This document shows, one piece after another, positions 37,771 to 48,565 of a stretch of 64,000 nt of DNA. Made by a program: the position numbers and the translations under genes. Origin of the DNA: Vicugna vicugna (taxonomy: Eukaryota); assembly GCA_013265495.1 (NCBI GenBank), contig MU058946.1, positions 1,082,145 to 1,146,144 on the forward strand, given 5' to 3'. The notes beneath the pieces were generated by a model. That model was given only the letters and a program-made list of their open reading frames with translations, was not told the origin of the DNA and did no database searches. Positions within the stretch are counted from its first letter, which is position 1. The number at the start of each line of letters is the position of its first letter.

Positions 37771-38814
37771 ATAGTGTCAGCTTAGTTTTGTGACCAGCAC
37801 GGGCGTCTGTGTCACACGAAGTTTCACCTTATAATTGGTAGATACAAAAACCAGCCGTTTTGCTGTCCTGTTCTGGAAAAGAAACAATAGCTTCTCACAT
37901 GAAGTAGGCTAAACTAGTTCAAGAACTTCAGAAGCCGATATTTTAATTCAAGCAAAGATATTTGGAGGGACGCGTTTCAGAGCTGGGTGAAGCTGAGGCC
38001 AGAAGACCCTTTGTGAGGGCTCCGAGTCCTCAGTACAGGAAAGTCCTCCGGGCCAAGCAGGGTTCTCAGCGCTGGAGGCCCACGGGCATCTGCCCGGGGG
38101 ATTAAGACGCCGATGCCTGGCCCTTCCCTAGACCGGAGGAGTCCGAATCTCCGGGGGTGGGCCCGGGCGTCTCTGTTTTTAGAACGGCACCTGGGTGCCG
38201 AGAGCCTCCTGACTGCTGCAAGTCGGAACCGCCCGGTCTGGTGCCAAGGACTTTGTGACTGGTTCTGAGCTGGTGCGGGGGGCAGGGTGGGCATTGCTGG
38301 GGAGAAGCGGGGGCCCCTTGGAAGGTGGGTTCTGGCCTAGAGCCAGGCTCCACGGGAAATTCCACCCTCTCCGCCCCTCCATCAGGTGCCCCAGGCTGCT
38401 GACGACCACGTGAGCGGTGCGTGACTGGTGCACCAGGAGGTCACACAGCTGACGGACGCTGGCCAGGCTGATCCCGCAGCTTCTCGAAGGGGACAAGCTC
38501 TCATCAGCTCCTCTTCAATGAGTCACTTGCCAGCTGCCCTGAATTCACTCGTCTGCGCACATCTGCGTGCATGGCAGGGATGCGGCGACCGACTGCTGGT
38601 CCCAAAATGGAAAGGCAGGTGACAGAACTCCATCAAAATAGAATAGGCAGTTTTCAAGACCCCACACTCTGAGGCTCAGCTGCGCTGGGCCTGCAGACAA
38701 CGTGGCCTTGAGTCAGTGACCTGACCGCGGAGACGCGCCTCAGCTGTGCGGAGGGAGGGGCTCCAAGCCCCAGGGCTTCTCCCTGCGGGTGTCCCCGATC
38801 CGATCACACTCCAC

Positions 38815-38945
38815 TGCCGTGGACTGTACGCTGCTCAGGGGCTGGGATGATGTCTTACTCGTCTCAGTCATCTTCACAGCAGTCAGTGTGATGTCAGACA
38901 CAAAACAGGAATACGTTTTTTTTGAGGAAAGAGTGAGTAAAGTCA
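38815..38945 (+). mobile_element. LINE-2 3' terminus
   Basis: ggactgtacgctgctcaggggctgggatgatgtcttactcgtct... resembles the L2 tail. Confidence 0.55.
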
Positions 38946-39580
38946 GTGACGTCTGGGAGGCAAGGGATGAAACCAGCCACCACGAAGTGACAGGAGGCAC
39001 ATCTCTCTGGGACTCCTGAGCCCCACGACGACCAGGGAGACAGGCACACACCAGCTGGTGTTTCCAGTGCGGTGGTGTTCCCTCCTCTTCGGAGTCCAGC
39101 GGGCGGGGGAAGAACAGGGGGCAGACAGAAGTCACATCTGCAAGTCCATCAGGAGCGGGCGGGTCACACGGCTGAATCCCACATCTTGGACTCTGTGCAT
39201 CACCCTTGCGCAGGGCGACAGCAGACGGGCCAGGGCGCTGTCTGAGCACCCACTCAGCCGGCAGTGTTTTTTGAACATCAGAATGTGCAGGGCACTGAGC
39301 TCAACCCGTGACCAGGGTTGAGTGACCACTCAGAGAATAGCCATCTAATGCGGAGACAGACCCGTGTGCACAATACCAGCTCCATTCAAGGGGTTGCCAC
39401 GGCCATGGGGGCACCAGGACTCCGAGCAGAGGCACAGAGCCTGCCTGGACGGGAGCCGCCCACTTCCCGTGGGCCGTGCAGACCCAGGGCTACCGGGGCA
39501 GAGATGGGAGCGGCGTCTCTGGCCTCCGGCTTTCTGACCACTTAACATTCTGCTTAAATGGTGCTGAATTTAGGACAGGG

Positions 39581-39906
39581 NNNNNNNNNNNNNNNNNNNN
39601 NNNNNNNNNNNNNNNNNNNNNNNNNNNNNNNNNNNNNNNNNNNNNNNNNNNNNNNNNNNNNNNNNNNNNNNNNNNNNNNNNNNNNNNNNNNNNNNNNNNN
39701 NNNNNNNNNNNNNNNNNNNNNNNNNNNNNNNNNNNNNNNNNNNNNNNNNNNNNNNNNNNNNNNNNNNNNNNNNNNNNNNNNNNNNNNNNNNNNNNNNNNN
39801 NNNNNNNNNNNNNNNNNNNNNNNNNNNNNNNNNNNNNNNNNNNNNNNNNNNNNNNNNNNNNNNNNNNNNNNNNNNNNNNNNNNNNNNNNNNNNNNNNNNN
39901 NNNNNN
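39581..39906. other. Assembly gap (326 N)
   Basis: Run of N. Confidence 1.
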
Positions 39907-41379
39907 CACCTTTCGAGCATCTGTGCAGAACTCGGAACCACAGAGCTGCCGCACGAGAGCCCTGGACCCCGGTTTGTGGGGAAGCAGGGTAGAACGTCCA
40001 CCTCGGACAAGACGACCCAGAGTGGCGCTAAGCCGCTCGCCCTGGGCGGCGAGCACGAGCGGGTTTCCCGTGGTCCCTGACAGTCTGAGGATGCTGAGCG
40101 GGTCCTTCATGGTCAGCTGAGTCATCTTTGCTGCCTAATCTGTGCCCGGTCCACATCATGTTCCCGATAAGTTGCTGGAGGGAAACGGATGAGCGCAAAG
40201 CCCACGCGTGCACCTGCCCTGCACGGGGGCGGCCGTGGCTGCCTTTTCAGGTGTCTTTGTGTTTAATGGCAGACGTTTTCTTATTTTTAGCTTTTAATTG
40301 CATTCATCGGAGCGCTGACACCGAAGAGATGGCTGTGACGCGTCCGCACGGAGGACGGGGCGCTTTGGGACGGACGTTAACATTTGCTCCTGAGATCTGT
40401 CATTTCTCCCCGTTTTCTGCTGCCAGAACCGGCGCCTTGTGGTCTTTCTGAAGGAGGGATGGAGGTCAGAGTACTTGTTAGCGTCACACAGAACAGAAAA
40501 GCGCCGGGAAGGGAAAAGAGGATCCTGCTCAGAGGCCCAGCTGTGCGCTAGGCGCCTGTCCCCACGGCCGGGAGCTGACTCTGGTCAGCTCAAGCCAGCA
40601 ACCATCCCGGTGAGCGTGGCCCTGGCCACCTTCCCCTTTAGACACCTGTGGACAAAGGTGGGGACTTTCTGGAACATCTGCTTCCAGTGAACCCCGTTCA
40701 GGTTGGGCCTTCCCAGCGCAGGCACCCCCATGACAAGTCAAGTCTCAGCACAGATCCTGACAGAGCAGGGGACGGGGTGCCCTGCTGGCGACGGGACGAG
40801 GCAGGGGTCCCTCCTCACACACACAGAGCAGAATTCTCCAGTTTCAGAAGTTGGAGAGAGAAAGTGGGCCCATCTGAGATCTTTGCTTCTGTGAGCTCCT
40901 GAGTTCTCCATGTGGTCCTTCCTGGGAATGAGGCCTTGCTGTCTGACAACCTCTTAAAACAACCTAGAATGTTAGTTTTACTGGACCCACAATAAGAAGG
41001 AAACTGGGCCCACGGGGTGGGGGTTGCTTTTGGCGTGGGGGGCACCCTGCTCCCGTGGGAGGGACTGGGGGCCTGGGGACCTTACAGAGAGGCTCATGGG
41101 GGTGATACCCCCTTAGATGTGCCACTAAGTCCTTGAGTCTCCTTTGTGAAAGGTTTTCAAGACGTAATGTCTGTGGCAGAGATGTGAGCCTTTGTACCAA
41201 GACCCATCCAGGTGGCAGCTGCAGGGGGCAGTGATCAGGGTGACAATCGGTGTGTGGAAAGCAGGATGGGACACGGTCCGATCCATCCCTGTTAACAGAC
41301 AGCGGAATCTTCCTTCTTTCTGCTGAGAAAAATAATCCATCACAAGAAGCCTCCCATGTGACAGAAATCTCTTTCATAG

Positions 41380-42730
41380 ACAGACTGAAGAGCAGAAGAT
41401 ACCCACCGTGGTCTTCTGGTCCGGCTGCAGCGTGGGAAGAAAGACAGAGCCAGTGACCTCAGGGCATCAAGTCTGGTTGTGGTTAAAAAGAGCGTATGTC
41501 AGGGGAGCCACCTGCTGTGCACTGGGGGACCCGCCAGGTGTTCCAGTCATGGGTACCAGCCTGAACCTTGTTTGCAATTATGGAAACCACCCCTCACTGA
41601 ATAACCGACGTGCACAGAATCCAAGGGAGGCTGGAGAAACGGGCTGAGAAGGCGGCAGGGGCCAGGCAGCCTGGCAGCTGGGAGTGCATCACATGGTTCC
41701 TGGGAAGTGTCTGCTACGGCACCGCTGCCTGCAGGCATTGGCTGTCATGGCCCAGCTGCCTCGGGACACACGCCTGTCCCCTGTGGCGCAGGGGTCAGTG
41801 CTGGCTCGGCGGAGCTCAGCCCTGAGGGTCACTGTGTCCTCATTGGGCTCTGTTGGTTCTGCTTGTCTGTTTACGATTGAAGCTGGCCACGGGAGAAACA
41901 AGAGATGCCCCGGGGATTCCATGGGTACCAAACAGTCTTTCCTCCCCTCTTGTGCATCACCAGATCTGCACGCCCACGGCGATCAGGGTCAGCGACTCTG
42001 GCCAGCGTGGCCCTGCCTCTTTCTGCCTGTCGGTCTGCAGGTGTGAGGAGCCCCTGTGCCGTGGCTGCCCAGCCTGTCCTTTCGGGGCCAGTCATCCTCT
42101 TTCCTGCTCTGGCCACAGAGCCCAGGGCTGAGAGAGCACCCCCAACCCCCGCCACCAGCCCTTTCCAAAGAGGACGGCCGTCCTGACTGGTGGTATCGCC
42201 CTCTTGGGTGCATTTCTAGGATTCCTAGGGAAAAAAATTGCCAACCACTATGACACAAACTTGTAAATATTTGCTGTGGAAAGAGCTTTTCAAATCAGTA
42301 GACAGACCTTACAAAGACAGAGCGAAGCTGGGAACCGGGGGCCGCGGGGACGTACGTGCCCTGATGAGCACCCCGCCAGGAACCCCGGCCTTTATCTGTC
42401 AGATTGGCAAGCCTGGGAGAAGTCTGGAAACTTCTTTAGAGGCTTCAAGTGTCTTTCCCGCCGTCACCTTCCTGGGCCACCTCCCTGGGCCACCTCCGTC
42501 ACTGTTTCTGTAATGGGCGTCCTTTGGTGAGCTCTGCTGCTGTCACTCATAGAACAGCTTTCACTTCGTCTGTGCACTCGTCACGGACAGAGCCATTGTG
42601 ACACCCTTGGTCCACGACAGAGCAGATCGTACTTGGAAACGGGACAGGTAACGTGCCTGCGCGGAATGGTGGATATTGGTGGGGCTAGAAAAATGATTAG
42701 TGACCCATGCAAAGTTGAATTGACCATGGG
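41380..42730 (+). mobile_element. Highly decayed LINE-1 ORF2 fragments (patchy, about 41380-41500 and 42230-42730)
   Basis: Translations IPTVVFW...RKTEP and LVHDRADRTWKRD echo L1 ORF2 (KTAWYW...NRTEP, LIFDK.DK...WGKD, as recalled). Confidence 0.45.
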
Positions 42731-43769
42731 CCAGGTGTGCCCACTCGTGGGTGTGTGTATGTGCGTGTGTGAGGGAGCCCACGCCCCGCCCTGAGACGGT
42801 GAGGAGGCCAGGTGAGCAGGAGGCAGTGCGAGGATGGGCCGTGAGTCCTGCCCTGGCTCTGCTCCCAGCTTCCCGGGGGTTCTGAGCAAATCATTTCATC
42901 AGCTTCTGCATCTGGAGCCCCTAGAACCACTCTCAGCTCAGGTCTTAGGTTCTGTGGCCATCAGGGGTGGGTTGGCTTTGGGATGAAGCTTTGCCAGGGA
43001 AGGGCTGGTCTGGGGGGGCCTACAGAGCCGGCCCCTTGTGTGGCCCCACTGGTCTGCCAGCCGGGCTAGACCTCAGGCCAGGTCTCGGCTAAGACCAGTC
43101 ACTGTGGGCATGACCTGTCATGTGACACCTTCCTCTCTCCTGGAGTTTGGCAAGTCTGCACAGGAGGGTTGTGAGATTTTATTGTGAGGGACAACATTGG
43201 GGTTAGTTGGGAACATGGAGCATTTTGGGTGGAGGACAGGCTGGGTGAGGCTCTCGAGTGGGCACTGGGGACCCCGGGAAGGCACGGGGTACCTCAGCAC
43301 AGGCTAGGCGCTCAGAACATAGAGAGGTGGGCAAACCCAAAGGCAAGTGGGCCTCTTAAGCGTCTCCTCCTGGGCCCTCGTCGTGCTTGGAGAGGGGAAG
43401 GCAGGCCCGTCTCTGCCTCCTGCAGCCTTCCTCCCGTCTGCACCCCGATCCTGTGACACAGAATTCATGCGGCCTCGGTGTCTCAGCCCCACAGTGGGCT
43501 CTCGTGGCCCTGCTGCCCTCCACGGGAACGTACATTCCGAACGCTGGACAGCCCACCTCCGAGGGGCCTGTGGGACGTAGCCCAGGCAGAGCGTTAGGCA
43601 GTGTGTACTCAGGCCTCTGAACCGTGCAGAAAGTCTGACCAAGTTCTTCCCACTTGTGTGCAGAGGCTAGGACAACATAGTCAGGCTGCCAGCGGGAGCA
43701 TATTTGGAGCTTTGATCTCTCGGTGCCAGAAGAGTGAATTATTGTTAAATTTATGCCGAGAACAGGAGT

Positions 43770-43910
43770 GTAAAGGCTTCTGCTGCCAGCAGTAGTGACC
43801 CAACTCTCCCCCTGAGGACAACGAGATATATTTGAACAAAATATCTGAAAAAAATGTCCTCGAATGCTGATGGGCTAATGAGTGGTGAAAACCATGGGGC
43901 CAGCAGCAGG
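43770..43910 (+). mobile_element. Old LINE-1 (L1M) 5'-end fragment
   Basis: ccaactctccccctgaggacaacgagatatatttgaacaaaatatctgaaaaaaatgtcctcgaatgctg resembles L1M 5' UTR starts. Confidence 0.4.
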
Positions 43911-45621
43911 GGAAGATGTTTAGACCAGCGTCCTCGGGGTGAGTGCAGGGCTGCTGGCCCGAGTTCAGTGTGAATTGACCAACAACCTATTAAATAAGTT
44001 GTCTTTAAACAAAACCCTCGTCAAACAAGGTCACGTATTGATTGATGGATGAAATGCTGTGACCAGAGGCTGGCAGGACCCAGCCCTGTGTTCCCTTTGC
44101 CGCAGTGGCTCAGGTTCTCTAATTCTGGGTGCACAGCGGCTTCACGCAGCGTGACTCCTGCACATGCTGGGACCTGACCGTGTTGTTCCTGGTGTGCAGC
44201 TCCCCGGAGGGTCGTCCTCTTACTGCGCTGATGGAGAGAGACAGTTGTGGTCTCTGAGCCCAAGAGCTGGTGTGGGAGAGACAACCGTGTCCTCTTTCCT
44301 TGTGTCCACCCGGAATGACCCCCGGGTGTTGCCTGGATCCGTCCAGGGGTTTCAGGAACGGCCGCAAGGCGGCGCCCTGACCTCATCCTGGGACGTGGCT
44401 GGGTTGCGTGCAGCTGCTGCCTTGGGCGTTTCTCAGGTTCATCACTTTGCTGCTGGAGTTTGAGAATCAGTCGCTTCTTCCGAATCCACCAGCTCCTGAG
44501 TTTGCTAACCCCACCCCTTTCGTCCCTGCTTACAAACCAGGCCATTCTTTTCTGAGCTCATCATTTTGTTCAATGCCTTTTCAGCGAATCCAGCAGCAAG
44601 CAGTCAACACACACTACTAAAATCGCTTCCACCCGTGTCCCCGAGAGCTGCGGGGTCCTTGGGTGTAGGGCTGCCTCCCACGGTTCACAGGCGACAGTTT
44701 TGCCAAGCCCACTGGGAATGACCTCCTCCCGCCCCTGAGGGGGGTCTCCTCACCGCCCTGCCTCCAGCCCTTCAGTGTGTGGGATACATGGCTGGGACCA
44801 CCTGGGACCAGGTCGCATCTAAGCCAGGCGTACAGGGCATCGGCTTCTCCACGCCACTGGCTGCCACGGCAGAAGGCAAACTCCTCAGGAGGGTCCCACG
44901 CGGGCAGCTGAATGCTCCAACCCAGAAGGGACACGCGTCACCCCCTGTCTCGCAACATGTCGGCCAAACAGGCAGGGACTGGCCGTGCAGCTGCTGTGTG
45001 TGCTTAGAAGGGGTGAGGATCGGAAATACTTGTCAAGAGAGGGCTGGTGGCAGCAACAGAGGACTCCAGGGATCCAGGGGAATGGATGCATTGTAAGCCT
45101 GCGTGGTGTGGCCTCAGGGCTGGGAGGACAAGCCCACAGACGGGCTTGCCCAGCAGGGAGGGGCCAGCACACACTGTCTCATGGTCCAGCCCTGCGCTGG
45201 CTTGGGCCGGCTGCACACAGGATGGTGTCACGACGGGTTGACTTGGCTCTCCGGGTTGAGTGAAGCCTGGCACACGCCGCTCACCCACCTGAAAGCCCTT
45301 CGGGTCTGTGCACGGGTCCTACCTCGGGGAATTTTGTTCCCACTTGAGTCCAGAGCCTCCACTGCTCCCCAGGCTGAATTTGCAAACGCGCCTGGAAGCT
45401 TTGGAGAGAGCTGATCTGTCCTGGAGGGTGTCATTAGCACCGTCAGCTTGTCACTGACTTGCAAGCCCCGCAGGGGCTCCCGGTCCCCGTCAGACCTCGC
45501 CCGGGCTCCTCTGCGTCATGGACACTTGGTCTCCTCGCTTTTCACATACTTTGGAGGCACTGATTTATCACTTCCCCTGCTTGGTATTCCGGAGACATTC
45601 ATTTTTCATTTCACGCTGCAG

Positions 45622-45715
45622 TTTCTAAAAATGAGCTTAGTGGTGACTTGAGTTTCTTACTCATTCCTCTTCCAACACCAAGCGGCTGGGTTCACGAAAC
45701 CCTGCAGCTGAGGAG
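45622..45715 (+). other. Candidate exon of an unannotated plus-strand transcript (94 nt; open frame SKNELSGDLSFLLIPLPTPSGWVHETLQLR)
   Basis: Acceptor ttcatttttcatttcacgctgcag| and donor GAG|gtgagt; phase 1 to 2 in the open frame. Confidence 0.4.
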
Positions 45716-47415
45716 GTGAGTGGGGGCCCAGGTGAGCTCGGGTCACCAGCGCCCTCCGGCCTGGGGGCGCCTGTGAGACCACCTGCAGACTGAGGCCACC
45801 GCAGCGGGGCTCACGCCTTGCCCGGGGGCTTAGGTCCCCAGCAGGCTCGCGACTGAGGGCTCCCAGCTCTGATCCTGGTGGCCGAGCTGTGGGAGTCACT
45901 CGGCCTCTCGGCCTTCGTGCACTTCGTCTGGATGGCGGATAAAGACAGAACAGAGCTGAGCAAAATGGCTGGTACAGGCAGTGAAGGTGTCTGGGTGCGA
46001 TGATCCGATTCTGGAAGTTGCCTACAGATCGACACCGTGAGCGGGAAACGGACAGGCACCGTGACAGTGGCTGGGGCGGGGGTGGGGGGGCAGGCGTGCA
46101 GGGCTCATGGCGTCGTCTTGTCCATTTTGTTTGCGCGTGGAAACTCCCCTCATAAGAAGTACAGAAAAAATGAAAATCACGAGGACGTCTGCTCCAGCCT
46201 CTCTGGGAAAGGACAGACGGACAGTGAGCTGCAGGCAGACTCGCGGACGCCAACCCCGGCTCAGCTGGGAGGGAGCTAGCGCAAGTGGCCGCTCTGGATC
46301 TCAGCCCCTTCGTTATTTCATTAAATGGGGGCGGAGAGACGAGGGTCGGGGGGAGGGGTGGCGGCTGGCAGTGACAGAGCCTCCCCGTGGTGGGGGAGAA
46401 GTCCCCTGCCCGGCGGCGGGGGCCCGCCCTCCTCATGCCGGCCTGCAGGCCCCTGCCCCTCGCCAGGCTGACCACCGGACACACAGCGTTCCCACTTCAG
46501 TTTCTTGTGTCACATTACATGTGACAGGAAAGCAAAGGGCCTCTGTGACAACCCAGCCCTTGAGAGAAGCTCGGCGGTGGGGGTTGACCGGGGGCCCAGG
46601 GAGCCCCTGCAGAGGGGCCCTCCGGGGTCCTCCTGAGACTCGGCGCTGGGAGGCCCTCTCGTGGCAGCGTGAGAGTCTGGTTTCTATTAAAACAGAACAA
46701 AGAGGACAAAGAAGAGGGGTCTTGGCCTTTCAGACCCCCGGGCCCGCAGGTCCGATAAGCCCACCGACCCCTTGGCCGTGGGGGCCCCCGGTCGCCCGGC
46801 TTTGGGCACAAGGGGCTCTGCAAAGACCAGGGGGCCCCCGGGGCCGCTAGAAGACGCGTCGCTGGATCAGCACTTACGAGGGACAGCGGGACAAGCGCTG
46901 CCCGGTGGCCGGGACTCCTGGGCTGGCCTCCACTGTGCCTTTCTTTGGGCCTCAGTGTTCTCAACTGTCAAGTGACCTCTGATGTTGCTGTCAGCTCTGA
47001 ACTTGTGATTATGTGACCAAAACTGAACCCGCCACTCTTCTGCCCAAGAAGGCCCTCCTGGCATGCCCACCCCTGACTCCTCGTCCCCTGTCCCCAGCCC
47101 CCACCTCCGCCTCTGTCTGCCCGCAGCAGCCCTGGCTCCACCTCCAAACCCTCCACCTGGTCATTACCAGTGTGGGCACCATCTCACGAGTCCCTGCTCT
47201 GAGGGCCTGCTGGCTGCCGCCTCTGTCCGTCCAGGTGGTCCAGCACTGCCCTCCCTCAGGTCTTCAATCCTGGGCCCTCCTGTTTCACCCCTGTCACCCA
47301 CCTCTTCGCCTGCCTGGGCTCCCCCACCCCGGCCCCCTCCCGCCTCCCCCTGCGCCTCTCCGGCCCTCTGGCCTGGCCCCGCCAGTCCCAGTAAAGCAGC
47401 GTCCCCTGTTGCCAG

Positions 47416-47520
47416 GGGGACCGACCGTCCCGTCAGCTTCCCTGGGCCGCTGGACGGTTTGCTCTGGGTCACCACCGAGTTCTTGGCTCAGCTACCCTCC
47501 CTCAAAGACGACCGACCGAT
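47416..47520 (+). other. Candidate exon of an unannotated plus-strand transcript (105 nt; GTDRPVSFPGPLDGLLWVTTEFLAQLPSLKDDRP)
   Basis: Acceptor gtcccctgttgccag| and donor GAT|gtaagt; symmetric phase 2-2 with an open frame. Confidence 0.4.
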
Positions 47521-47692
47521 GTAAGTAACGCTCCCCCTCCGGTCCCCTCGCTCACCCTCCCCCGGGACCGGCCGTCCCTGAGATGGCACTGCTCCTCTGT
47601 CTGCTGCTGTGGGCCGTGGCCCCACAGCGTCGACTCCTCGAGGCCGGGGGCTGTACTGCCCTGCTCATCACCGTCTGTCTGTCTTCCTCCAG

Positions 47693-47786
47693 GGCTTGGC
47701 AACATCGTGTGGAAGGAAAGAATGACACCAGTTTACTGGTTGGGTTTGTTATCTTGACTCCAGGCACCCGAGAGGTGTCGTCATAG
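47693..47786 (+). other. Candidate exon of an unannotated plus-strand transcript (AWQHRVEGKNDTSLLVGFVILTPGTREVSS-stop; 3' boundary uncertain)
   Basis: Acceptor gtctgtctgtcttcctccag|; phase 2 continues the frame of 47416-47520. Confidence 0.35.
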
Positions 47787-48067
47787 GGTGTGGCTTCAAG
47801 GCTGGGGTTCTGAACGCAGAGCTGGTGCAGATGGTGACGTCGGACATCCCCGAGGGCGCGGCGGGGTCCCGGGCTCCACAGCCCTGCTAACGCGTCAGCG
47901 TCTTGAAAGCTGCGCTGAAGCGCGGCCGCCCTGGAACCACTGCCCTGCACGGACAGTGCTTCACTTTCTTCCCAGTGTTGACCCTACTTTCAAAATTAAC
48001 TTTATTGCTTCTGATGATGAAAATAAGACGTGTCCCCTTAAAACACGTAGAAACTGGAGGAGGACAT

Positions 48068-48565
48068 TGTACAAGCCAGGGTTCTGACAGGGAAAGAGAA
48101 CCAGCAGGGGACCGCACCCTCACACCCATGCACGCAGGCACGCACACACACACCTGCAGACACACATATAGCCCCCCCCACACAGACACACACATACACG
48201 CACAGACACGTCTACACACAGACAAGCAGACACACACAGACCCACACATAAAGATCCATATCTACATAAAGAGGTTTATTCCAAGGAATTGGTTATGCAT
48301 TCGTCTCAGCTGGCAAGTCCGCAACCTCAGGGCAGGCGGCTGGAAGCTCTGGGCTAGGAGCCGGCCCTACCGTCCACGGGCCGAGTCAGAATCTCTTCTT
48401 TGGCAGGAAAACCTCGGTTTTGCTCCTAGGGCCTCTGGACCGATTGAGCCGGCCCTCCTGGGTTATGGAAGAGCAACTCCTTTACTTCAAGTCAGCCCCC
48501 CAGCAGCACCAGGATTAGTGACTGGCTGGGCACCAGGGACCAGCCAAGCAGAAGACCAACCAACA
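48068..48565 (-). mobile_element. ERVL LTR (MLT2-like) with an expanded internal CA-rich tract
   Basis: tgtacaagccagggttctgacagggaaagagaacc...gaggtttattccaaggaattggtt...gctggcaagtccgcaacctcagggcagg...ttatggaagagcaactcctttacttcaagtc. Confidence 0.8.
48118..48250. repeat. Degenerate (CA)n tract inside the MLT2-like LTR
   Basis: cacacccatgcacgcaggcacgcacacacacac...acacacacaga. Confidence 0.85.

Noticed and set aside
39476-40125. ORFs spanning N runs (also around 3017-3277 and 26718-27525)
   Set aside because: Artefacts of translating assembly gaps.
37539-40464. A fully in-frame chain from the ATG at 37539 through 38386-38409 and 38534-38618 to 40427
   Set aside because: It needs weak donors (gtatag, gtgaca, gtcaga) and was picked from many options. 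The peptide is low-complexity, and the 326-N gap lies inside the span.
40427-42647. Apparent in-phase plus-strand exons 40427-40464, 41380-41493 and 42558-42647 (NRRLVVFLKEGWR-QTEEQKIPTVVFW...-AFHFVCAL...WKRD), which at first looked like a C2 domain
   Set aside because: The two larger peptides echo LINE-1 ORF2 (KTAWYW/NRTEP; LIFDK.DK...WGKD) and sit among L1 debris, so their protein-like look is best explained by decayed L1. Exonisation is not excluded.
47583-47786. MALLLCLLLWAVAPQ... as a signal-peptide micropeptide
   Set aside because: The hydrophobic start lies inside a well-formed 172-nt candidate intron and owes its Leu/Cys content to ctg/tgc-rich sequence. There is no promoter evidence, so only the part after the 47693 acceptor is kept as a candidate.
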